64,000 bases of DNA from Bdellovibrio sp. (GTDB lineage: Bacteria; Bdellovibrionota; Bdellovibrionia; Bdellovibrionales; Bdellovibrionaceae): NCBI GenBank assembly GCA_036676395.1, contig JAKFCY010000002.1:1120001-1184000 (forward strand). The letters are read 5' to 3'. Below the pieces are notes generated by a model that worked only from the letters and a program-made list of their open reading frames with translations, was not told the origin of the DNA and made no database searches. Positions within the stretch are counted from its first letter, which is position 1. Each line of letters starts with the position of its first letter. Position numbers and translations under genes: made by a program. Shown one piece after another: positions 1 to 7,864 of this stretch.

Positions 1-1161
1 GCAGAGCTTAAAAAAATCATCATGGAAGACCTGCCATACTTCAAAAAAGACGGCGTTTTTCAGTCTGATCTTTACAAAGGTTTGTTAACTCAAAACAAAC
101 TAACTCCTAGTGAATTCGAAAAGAGCTTACGCGCCCAAGCTAAAACTCAGCGTATTCGCCAGTTGTTTGAATTGGGTTTATCCTCTAACCGTTTAGAAAA
201 AGACTTAGAAAGCGAACTTAAATCTAAAAAAATCAATGTAGCGTTTGTTAAATTAAACGCTGAAGAACTTAAAAAATCAAATTTAGTGTCAGCTGCCGAA
301 GTTAGCAAAAAATTAGCTGACCCTGATTTTGCTAAAAAAGTTCAAGACTATTACACCAACACTAAGGGTGAATTTGAAACACCTGAACAAGTTAAGGCGT
401 CTCACATCTTAATCCGTACAACAGAAGGCAATGCCGATTCTGATGCTTTAGCAAAAGCTAAAATGGAAAACATCGTCAAACGTTTAGCTAAAGAAGACTT
501 TGCTAAAGTTGCCGGTCAGGTTTCTGAAGATCCGGGTTCTAAAGCTAAAAACGGTGATTTGGGTTACTTCTCAAAAGGCCGTATGGTTAAAGAATTTGAA
601 GACGTGGCGTTTGTAACTCCAGTGGGTAAAGTATCTGAAGTGATCAAAACTCCGTTTGGTTACCATATCCTAAAAGTAATGGATAAAAAACCTGCGCAAA
701 CGACTTCTTTTGAAGCTGCTAAAACTGGTATTGCTTCTAAATTATTAGCTGACGAAAAAAACACTGAAATCTCTAAACAATTAGAAGAGCTAGTTGTTAA
801 AGGTGATGTGGCTGCGGTTAATGAATTCGTAGCTAAACATGGTCTTAAATGGACTGAGTCTGGTTACTTTGATTTAACTTCTGAAAACTTACCTGGATCA
901 ACTTCGGCTGAGTTATTTAAAGCCAGCCTTGAATTAAGTAAGGCTAATCCTGTAAGCAAAGCTTTAATCCGCGAAGGTGATGCTCAGTTTTTATTAAAAC
1001 TGGTTGATGCTAAGACTATGGCTACTGATGTTGTCGTTAAAGATGCGGCTGCAGAGACGGCAGAGAAGCAAAAATCACTTGGTGGTTACGCTAAATGGGT
1101 TTCTGAATTACGTAAATCTTCGAAAGTGACTACGAACCAAGCTATTATGGAAATGCAGTAG
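1..1161 (+). CDS. Parvulin-type peptidyl-prolyl isomerase / periplasmic chaperone (PpiD/SurA-like), 5'-truncated by window edge
   Basis: Rotamase motifs ASHILI, SEDPGSK..GDLGYF..G.MVKEFE, TPFGYHILKV; frame is open from base 1. Confidence 0.85.
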   Translation, partial: AELKKIIMEDLPYFKKDGVFQSDLYKGLLTQNKLTPSEFEKSLRAQAKTQRIRQLFELGLSSNRLEKDLESELKSKKINVAFVKLNAEELKKSNLVSAAEVSKKLADPDFAKKVQDYYTNTKGEFETPEQVKASHILIRTTEGNADSDALAKAKMENIVKRLAKEDFAKVAGQVSEDPGSKAKNGDLGYFSKGRMVKEFEDVAFVTPVGKVSEVIKTPFGYHILKVMDKKPAQTTSFEAAKTGIASKLLADEKNTEISKQLEELVVKGDVAAVNEFVAKHGLKWTESGYFDLTSENLPGSTSAELFKASLELSKANPVSKALIREGDAQFLLKLVDAKTMATDVVVKDAAAETAEKQKSLGGYAKWVSELRKSSKVTTNQAIMEMQ

Positions 1162-1162
1162 T

Positions 1163-1597
1163 TTATTTAAATAAATGTTCTGGCTCGAAAGCAAACGGGA
1201 AAAGCTCTGAAAATTTGAGAGCTTTTTCTTTTTGTGAGGTGTTTGTTAAGATCACCGTCGTATCTGCTTTGGCGAACTCAGCTAATACTTGTCTGCAAAA
1301 TCCGCAGGGTGGCCATGGGCTTTCTTCAGCGCTCGCTACAGCTACGTGAGTGATGTGAATTGGCTTTTTGTTCTCGCTATAGGCTTTCCAGATTGCCACG
1401 CGTTCTGCGCACACTGTGCCGCCGTAGCTTGCGTTCTCGATATTGCAACCAGAGTAAATCTTGCCGTTACTTAATCTGATCGCTGAACCGATCTTTTTTG
1501 TTGAATACGGAGAGTGTGAAAACTCCATGGCTTTGATCGCTAAATCTTTTAGCTCTGTTTGTAATTCTTTTTCTTTACTGATTGGTGAAGAGCTCAT
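1163..1597 (-). CDS. cdd: Cytidine deaminase
   Basis: SPYS, GCNIENASYG, CAERVA and PPCGFCRQVL zinc motifs of homotetrameric CDA. Confidence 0.93.
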   Translation of the reverse strand: MSSSPISKEKELQTELKDLAIKAMEFSHSPYSTKKIGSAIRLSNGKIYSGCNIENASYGGTVCAERVAIWKAYSENKKPIHITHVAVASAEESPWPPCGFCRQVLAEFAKADTTVILTNTSQKEKALKFSELFPFAFEPEHLFK

Positions 1598-2174
1598 AGC
1601 CGATCTCCTTAAGTTTTTGGCTGATCCACATCATGGGTAAGCCTTGGATTGCTGAAAAATCATCTGTTTCTATTTTTTCGAATAAACATATGCCACTGCG
1701 TTCGATTTTATAACTGCCGGCACAGTCTAATGGCAAATCCATACGCAGGTAATTTTCGATTTCTTGGGGAGTTAACTTTTTCATTTTCATTTTTGAAATA
1801 TGATTTAGCGTCCACTTTTGGTCTTCGTGTAAAATGGCAATTGCAGTAATTAAATTGTGTGTGCGTCCTGACATGGCTTGCAGTTGTTCTTTGGCTTTAT
1901 CGAAGGTTTTACTTTTACCGATGATATGGCCGTCAAAATCCACTAACTGATCACCGCCGATAACTACGGCCTGTTTGAATTCTTTATTGAGTGAGGCGGC
2001 TTTGGCTAAGGCTAAGCCTTCAGCGACTTCAAGAGGGGTTTTGTTTTGCGTGAGCAGAGCTTTTTTTAGACTGTCTTCATCACAACTTGGTTTCATGGTT
2101 TCAAATGGGATACCCAGTTTTAACATTAATTCTTTTCGATAAACCGAGGTGCTGCCAAGAATAAGTTTTTTCAT
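1575..2174 (-). CDS. maf: Maf-family nucleoside triphosphate pyrophosphatase
   Basis: LILGSTSVYRKELM, GGDQ, DCAGSYKIE, IQGLP motifs. Confidence 0.9.
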   Translation of the reverse strand: MKKLILGSTSVYRKELMLKLGIPFETMKPSCDEDSLKKALLTQNKTPLEVAEGLALAKAASLNKEFKQAVVIGGDQLVDFDGHIIGKSKTFDKAKEQLQAMSGRTHNLITAIAILHEDQKWTLNHISKMKMKKLTPQEIENYLRMDLPLDCAGSYKIERSGICLFEKIETDDFSAIQGLPMMWISQKLKEIGYELFTNQ

Positions 2175-3910
2175 GTTTTTGAAGCCTTAATGCGGTGGTA
2201 AATGTCGATCAGCTTATTGATGTTAAATTCCGCTTTATATTTTAACAGAGCTAATTCGAAATCCATATTCGAGAAAATATATTTTACTTTGCGAGTTTGT
2301 AGCCTAGATACCTGAATGTTATCTAAAAATGATCCAGAACGAATATATAAAATAAATTTTTCATTTTCAGGTAAATATAAATTCACATCAAACGGCAATT
2401 CTTTATTTGGCTGTAAGAACTCAATCGGTAGTTCTAACATGTCATGCGCGGGGTGAACTGAATTAATCACTTCAAACGGACTAAATGAGAAAAAACCAAT
2501 CATGGTTTTTTTGCCTTCGTAGTCAACGCCTTTGAAAAATTCTGATTTATAGCTGCAGAAATTAGCGAAATCCACTTTCGGCACATGAATTTCAAATAAG
2601 ACAGCATCCGGTAATTCGTTATGATCGGGATCTTGTTGGTCAATTTGTTCAACGCGAATCATTTGTTTGATCCAGTTATTCAGAATAACTTGCGCAGAAG
2701 CGACATCCAGATAATTTTCTGAAGCCACTGTCAGATAGCCTGTCCACTCTAATTCTTGCACGACAAGCACATACATTTGCGTGGTTTTTGTTAAATCAAC
2801 TTGATCAGTTTTTTGATCAGAATAATTTTCAATCACATCAAGTATTTCAGGTTTAACCGTGTCGTTGAAGGATTGATCTAAAAACATGATTTGGCCCGAG
2901 CTTAAGCTTTTGCTTTCACGGGATAAAAGGTTAGACATTGGCTCAGCGCCTGAAGATAAATCAATGCCTTCGCCGATACTTAATTTAGGTGCGCCATTAC
3001 CTATGTCGGTTTCAGTGGTGGCCAGTGCTTTAGCTAATTCAGCTTCCATTAAAGCGATCAGGTTGCCTGCAGTTTGTTTTTGATCAATTTCAGAAAGTTC
3101 ACTCATGTTGCCGATTTCTTCTTCGATCGCTCTAAGTAATTTTCCTGAAGCCCCATCATTGCCAAAATCATTTTGAAGGGCTCTCATTAATTTGGCCTTG
3201 GTCGCTTCTTTTTGAGCGGCAGATAAAACGCCAAGCTTGCCAATTTGTTCTTCAATGGCGTGCTTCATCTTGGCTCTGATGCCTTCTTGCACAGCAAAAG
3301 GCATAGTTTGGGCAGTTCTTTTTCTTTGTTTGGGCATGAACATGTTTAATTTGCTACGACTGCGGTTCGTAACCGTTTTACGTTCGTTATCTGCATGAGT
3401 ATTGGATTTTTTAAGATTGATTTCGGGGCCGTCATCATTGTCTTGTGTAAAAAAAGATTTAACCTTGATCATGTCAGATTCTTTTTTTGCATTGGCTGCT
3501 TTTGTTGTATTTATTTGATCAAAGATTTGATTTTTCTTTTCGTATTTTGAAATCACCCGAATAATGCCAGGGCCTGATAGTGGCGGGTACAATTTATTTT
3601 CAAAACCGCTGGATTCAATTTGAATAATTTGATCACGTTGAGTCGACATAATAAACGGCACCACAGAACCCGTACATGACTGGTAAATTGTCTTTGGCAT
3701 CATACGAATATTTTCGTTTTTATGATCCCAGGCTAAGAAAATGTATTCTGGATTTTCTTCTAAAATGCGATCTATGGCGGCTTTGACATCGGTTTCGACA
3801 ACCACGGTGTATCCGCGTTTTTTTAAGAATTTTTCTACCGGTGTAAACTGGTGGCTTATATTCTTCACAAAAAACAATGTGGCTGGTTTAGTGTCGTTTT
3901 TTTCGTTCAT
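2171..3910 (-). CDS. Hypothetical protein with degenerate N-terminal receiver-like domain
   Basis: 579-aa ORF; N-terminus resembles a REC fold (FLKKRGYTV...AIDRILEENPEYIFLAWD); clear sigma70-like promoter upstream. Confidence 0.6.
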   Translation of the reverse strand: MNEKNDTKPATLFFVKNISHQFTPVEKFLKKRGYTVVVETDVKAAIDRILEENPEYIFLAWDHKNENIRMMPKTIYQSCTGSVVPFIMSTQRDQIIQIESSGFENKLYPPLSGPGIIRVISKYEKKNQIFDQINTTKAANAKKESDMIKVKSFFTQDNDDGPEINLKKSNTHADNERKTVTNRSRSKLNMFMPKQRKRTAQTMPFAVQEGIRAKMKHAIEEQIGKLGVLSAAQKEATKAKLMRALQNDFGNDGASGKLLRAIEEEIGNMSELSEIDQKQTAGNLIALMEAELAKALATTETDIGNGAPKLSIGEGIDLSSGAEPMSNLLSRESKSLSSGQIMFLDQSFNDTVKPEILDVIENYSDQKTDQVDLTKTTQMYVLVVQELEWTGYLTVASENYLDVASAQVILNNWIKQMIRVEQIDQQDPDHNELPDAVLFEIHVPKVDFANFCSYKSEFFKGVDYEGKKTMIGFFSFSPFEVINSVHPAHDMLELPIEFLQPNKELPFDVNLYLPENEKFILYIRSGSFLDNIQVSRLQTRKVKYIFSNMDFELALLKYKAEFNINKLIDIYHRIKASKT

Positions 3911-3919
3911 CTATGTAAA

Positions 3920-3948
3920 ATTATAAGCTTTTCTAGAGTGTGATTCAA
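3920..3948 (-). promoter_or_regulatory. Sigma70-type promoter TTGAAT-N17-TATAAT, 9 nt before the ATG at 3910
   Basis: Reverse complement reads ttgaat cacactctagaaaagct tataat tttacatag ATG. Confidence 0.7.
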
Positions 3949-4040
3949 ACACGCCCCGACCTTGGGCTTAGGCGCTAAATTTACCCCAGGGTAATCTTCG
4001 CTTGAAAAGGCTAGCCAGTTCGACTAGATTGCAGCTCAAG

Positions 4041-4925
4041 ATGATCAGCGACATTAAATCAGACATTATGATTCAGAAACTGCAAGACCTTCAATCTTTG
4101 GATTGGGTCGGTATGCAGCGTATTCAGTCATCGATTCGTCACCACGAAAATCTGATTCCCTGTGATTTGTCATTAGGAGTAAATCTTAAAGAGGGTCACC
4201 GCGGAATTCACATGTCGCGTTTGTATTCTTTAATGATGGATCATCTTTTACAGCAAGAACTAACAACTCAAGGTTTAGATCTGCTTTTGCAAAAAGCCAT
4301 CACTTCACAAGAAGGTTTATCAACACACGCAAGCTTAACTTTGACATATAAACTTCCGGTAAAAACCCAAGCTTTGAAAAGTGGTAAAGAGGGTTTTCGC
4401 AATTACGATGTTTCAGTTTCTGCTTTAAAAACTGAAGGTACGGGTTTGAAAATCTGGCTTAAATTCGCGGTTATTTATTCAAGCACTTGCCCGCAATCAG
4501 CGGCTTTATCAGTTGAAACCTTCAATGCGCAACCTGTGCAAAAAGCTATGCTTGATCGCTTACCGGCTACGCCGCACGCGCAACGAAGTGTGATGGATTG
4601 TGAATTATTGCTTCAAGATAAAGATCATTTTGACGTGAATGATTTAATGAAGTCTTTTATTCAAATTATTGAAAACACTTTAAAAACTCCGGTACAAACC
4701 GCAGTTAAAAAAGCTGACGAGATGGCCTTTGCAATTTTGAATTCTGAGAACTTAATGTTCTGTGAAGACGCTGTCAGAAGAGTCGATCTTGAGTTAAAAG
4801 CTCGTATCCAGCACAAGCCTGTAGAATTATTAGGCTACCGCATTAAGACCCGCCACGAAGAAAGCTTGCATCCTCATGATGCTGTCAGTCAGAAGAGCTT
4901 CAACTTCGTGATTTTTCCGAACTAG
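4041..4925 (+). CDS. folE2: GTP cyclohydrolase I type B (FolE2)
   Basis: RGIHMSRLY, YSSTCPQS, ATPHAQRS, NLMFCEDA, HEESLHPHDA motifs; start probably 4041 or 4068 because TTGAAA-N17-TAGATT occupies 4002-4030. Confidence 0.9.
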   Translation: MISDIKSDIMIQKLQDLQSLDWVGMQRIQSSIRHHENLIPCDLSLGVNLKEGHRGIHMSRLYSLMMDHLLQQELTTQGLDLLLQKAITSQEGLSTHASLTLTYKLPVKTQALKSGKEGFRNYDVSVSALKTEGTGLKIWLKFAVIYSSTCPQSAALSVETFNAQPVQKAMLDRLPATPHAQRSVMDCELLLQDKDHFDVNDLMKSFIQIIENTLKTPVQTAVKKADEMAFAILNSENLMFCEDAVRRVDLELKARIQHKPVELLGYRIKTRHEESLHPHDAVSQKSFNFVIFPN

Positions 4926-4942
4926 ATTGTAAACATAAGTCT

Positions 4943-7303
4943 ATGTTTAACTTCTTCATTAAGTTTTCATTTGTCGTACTATTTTTGTGTCTTAATTCAG
5001 CTTTTGCAAAAGAGCACAACACCTACCTTGTCACTGCCGAAAACTTTGAAAAATCCTTAAATGAAGTGATTGAAAATGCAGAACCCGGTTCTGAAATCAT
5101 CATGCCTGTGGGTAAGTTTGCACTAAAATCAGAAGTCGTTATTATCAAGCACGGCATTAAATTACGTGGTCAGGGAATGGATAAAACCATTCTATCTTTT
5201 AAGAATCAAAAAGTTGGAGCGCAAGGAGTGTTTGGCAGTGCCAATGCTTTGGTGTTTGAAGACTTTGCTGTTGAAGATAGCGCTGGCAATGCCGTCAAAG
5301 TCGTTTCAGCAAAATCAGTAACGTTTAGACGATTAAGAGTTTCGTGGACGGCAGGGCCGCGCCGTGAAAACGGAGCTTATGGTTTATATCCGGTCAGCAG
5401 TCGCGATGTGCTTGTTGAAAATTGTGATGTGTCTGATTCTTCAGATGCGGGTATTTATGTGGGCCAGTCTGAAAACATTATTGTTCGTAATAATAAGGCT
5501 CACCATAACGTAGCGGGTATCGAAATTGAAAATTCTCGTTATGCTGATGTTTATAATAACGAAGTTTATGAAAACACGGCGGGTATTTTAGTTTTTAATT
5601 TACCGAATCTTCCGGTTAAGGGCGGTCGTCAAACTCGTGTTTTTGAAAATCATGTTTTTAATAATAATTTAAAAAACTTTTCTACTGAAGGAAGCATTAT
5701 TAATTTAGTTCCGGATGGCTTGGGCATTTTTATTATGGCCAACAGCGAAGTTGAAATTTTTAAGAATAAAATTATTGATAATAAATTGTCAGGCGTAGCC
5801 ATTACCCATTTTGCGATCAGTGAACGTCAACATAGCGATGCTAATTATGATCCGATGCCGCGTCGTATTTCGATTCGTGATAATATTTTTACTAAAAGTG
5901 AATACAAATTTCCGCTTTATTCAAGAATGACTGTGATCATTAAATTATTAGGCGGGTTTAATACTCCTGAAATTATTTATGATGGTATTCAAGATGGCAC
6001 GTACTCTGGGCCAAAACTTTCTGAGCGTGACCGCATTTGTGTTGGTCAAAATAAAACCACCGAAGGCGACGCTGTTAGATATGCCAATTTACATTTAGAT
6101 AACAGTCGTTGGTGGGTGCCATACCCGGGCGGCCCTGCAACGATTGAAGATGCTGCGCAAGACTGTGTGTTTGAATCTTTTCCTGAGATAGTTTTGGGCG
6201 CAGTGCCTGCGGTTCCAGAAAGTCAGATAAAACCCAGTGCAGAAACGATAGTAAAAATCTGCCAGCAAAAAACTAAAGGTATTAACTGGGCCGCTATTGA
6301 ATACGATTGTCCGCAATTATCGAATTATAATTTGTTCACTCAGAAAAACGATGCCACGCAAAAGCCAAATGATCGTGGTTTTAAATATTTATTGAATAAC
6401 GAATTATTCACAGATTACGCCGAAAAAGACCGTTTTATTTTTTTACCGCCGAACACTTCGATGAAATATAATGAAAATTCAGTTTTTGATTTTCCGGTGG
6501 GTACTGTAATTACAAAAACTTTTTCTTTGTTTTTACAAAATTCTAAAGACGTTAAACCTCGTGCGATAGAAACACGTTTATTGGTTAAACGTAAATCGGG
6601 GTGGCAAGCTATCGAGTATGTCTGGGATCACTCTAAAGAAGAGGCCTTTTTATATTTAGGTGGCAGTGTCGATAGTTATGATATTTTAGCGCACAATGAA
6701 AAAGCGCTTAAGATTGATTACGTTATTCCGAATCGTCGCCAGTGTTCTTCGTGTCATGTGACCGATACGGCTAACGGTTCACTTCAACCGATTGGTCCAA
6801 AAGCCAAATTTTTAAATTGGACATTCGCCGCGAACGAAGACGGAAGCACAGAAAATCAATTAATATATTTCGCACGCCGTGCGTATTTGAACGGTTTACC
6901 AAAAGACATCAAGCAAGTTCCAAGTGTTGCAATGTGGTCGTTGCCTGAAAGTGGTCCGATCGACAAACGAGCGCAGGCGTATTTAGAAATTAACTGTGCT
7001 CATTGCCATAATCCGCGAGGCCCAGCGCAGAATACCGGTCTTTATTTGGTGACCGAGTTAGATTCAAAAGACATTAGTTATGGTTTTTGCAAACGCCCCG
7101 TAGCTGCAGGCTTAGGGTCGGGTGGACGATCATTTGATATCAATCCTGAGGGCGCAGATAAGTCGATTGTTTATTACCGCATGCAGAACGACCACTTAGA
7201 AGTCAAAATGCCACAGCTTGGAAGATCGGTCGCGCATAGCGAAGCTCTTAAAGTGATCGAAGAGTGGAATAATAGTTTAAAAGGTAAGTGTCCTTTAAAA
7301 TAA
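4943..7303 (+). CDS. Secreted parallel beta-helix protein fused to a diheme c-type cytochrome domain
   Basis: Signal peptide; NGAYGLYPV, DAGIYVGQS, NVAGIEIENS, GILVFNLP; C-half LFTDYAEKDRF, FPVGTVITKTF, CSSCH and CAHCH heme motifs, MPQLGRS. Confidence 0.8.
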   Translation: MFNFFIKFSFVVLFLCLNSAFAKEHNTYLVTAENFEKSLNEVIENAEPGSEIIMPVGKFALKSEVVIIKHGIKLRGQGMDKTILSFKNQKVGAQGVFGSANALVFEDFAVEDSAGNAVKVVSAKSVTFRRLRVSWTAGPRRENGAYGLYPVSSRDVLVENCDVSDSSDAGIYVGQSENIIVRNNKAHHNVAGIEIENSRYADVYNNEVYENTAGILVFNLPNLPVKGGRQTRVFENHVFNNNLKNFSTEGSIINLVPDGLGIFIMANSEVEIFKNKIIDNKLSGVAITHFAISERQHSDANYDPMPRRISIRDNIFTKSEYKFPLYSRMTVIIKLLGGFNTPEIIYDGIQDGTYSGPKLSERDRICVGQNKTTEGDAVRYANLHLDNSRWWVPYPGGPATIEDAAQDCVFESFPEIVLGAVPAVPESQIKPSAETIVKICQQKTKGINWAAIEYDCPQLSNYNLFTQKNDATQKPNDRGFKYLLNNELFTDYAEKDRFIFLPPNTSMKYNENSVFDFPVGTVITKTFSLFLQNSKDVKPRAIETRLLVKRKSGWQAIEYVWDHSKEEAFLYLGGSVDSYDILAHNEKALKIDYVIPNRRQCSSCHVTDTANGSLQPIGPKAKFLNWTFAANEDGSTENQLIYFARRAYLNGLPKDIKQVPSVAMWSLPESGPIDKRAQAYLEINCAHCHNPRGPAQNTGLYLVTELDSKDISYGFCKRPVAAGLGSGGRSFDINPEGADKSIVYYRMQNDHLEVKMPQLGRSVAHSEALKVIEEWNNSLKGKCPLK

Positions 7304-7308
7304 CCCTT

Positions 7309-7327
7309 GCAAATGAAAATCATTATC
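7309..7327 (+). promoter_or_regulatory. Fur box upstream of fur
   Basis: GCAAATGAAAATCATTATC matches consensus GATAATGATAATCATTATC at 16 of 19 positions; overlaps a TTGCAA -35-like hexamer. Confidence 0.7.
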
Positions 7328-7342
7328 AGTATCACTTTATCT

Positions 7343-7849
7343 ATGAAGAATACTGATAACTCTATTGTTTTACCTGTCCACCAAACTTCTGAAACTGTAC
7401 GTAAAGCTGAACGTTACCAAATCGATGATTTTAAAAAAATGATCCGTTCGATGAATTTAAAAATCACCGATCAACGGTTGTTAATCCTTTCTTCATTGCA
7501 CGATGGCGATAAAAAATCGGGCGAACGCCATGTGACGGCCCAGGAGCTTTTCGAAAAAGTATCGGTGCGTGATTCTTCTGTGGGTTTTGCGACTGTTTAT
7601 CGTTTTTTACGTGACTTGGCTGCGAACGAATTGGTTACCGAAGTTCGTATGGGCGGTCATGCCTCACGTTATGAATTGACTCCCAAAGAGCATCACGATC
7701 ACTTAACTTGCACAAAATGCGGCAAGATTTGTGAGTTCGAAAACGAAAAAATCGAAGAATTGCAATCACAAGTGGCAAAACACTTTGGATTCCATTTGAC
7801 GGGGCACGTTCTAGAGCTGTTTGGAGTATGTTCGGACTGCCAAAAGTAA
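7343..7849 (+). CDS. fur: Fur-family transcriptional regulator
   Basis: ITDQR, HVTAQEL, ATVYRFL, HHDHLTCTKCG, CSDC; ATG 7343 preferred over TTG 7307, which lies in the promoter/Fur box. Confidence 0.88.
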   Translation: MKNTDNSIVLPVHQTSETVRKAERYQIDDFKKMIRSMNLKITDQRLLILSSLHDGDKKSGERHVTAQELFEKVSVRDSSVGFATVYRFLRDLAANELVTEVRMGGHASRYELTPKEHHDHLTCTKCGKICEFENEKIEELQSQVAKHFGFHLTGHVLELFGVCSDCQK

Positions 7850-7864
7850 TATTATAACGGCCAT

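Noticed and set aside
3981..3994. Palindrome TTACCC-CA-GGGTAA upstream of folE2
   Set aside because: Single short instance that matches no Zur or Fur consensus I know; insufficient support as an operator
7307..7342. N-terminal extension of Fur from TTG 7307
   Set aside because: Overlaps the -35 element and Fur box; ATG 7343 is more plausible. Similar over-extended starts were trimmed for ORFs at 23164, 27788, 29315, 38156, 40616, 48039, 53609 and 60242
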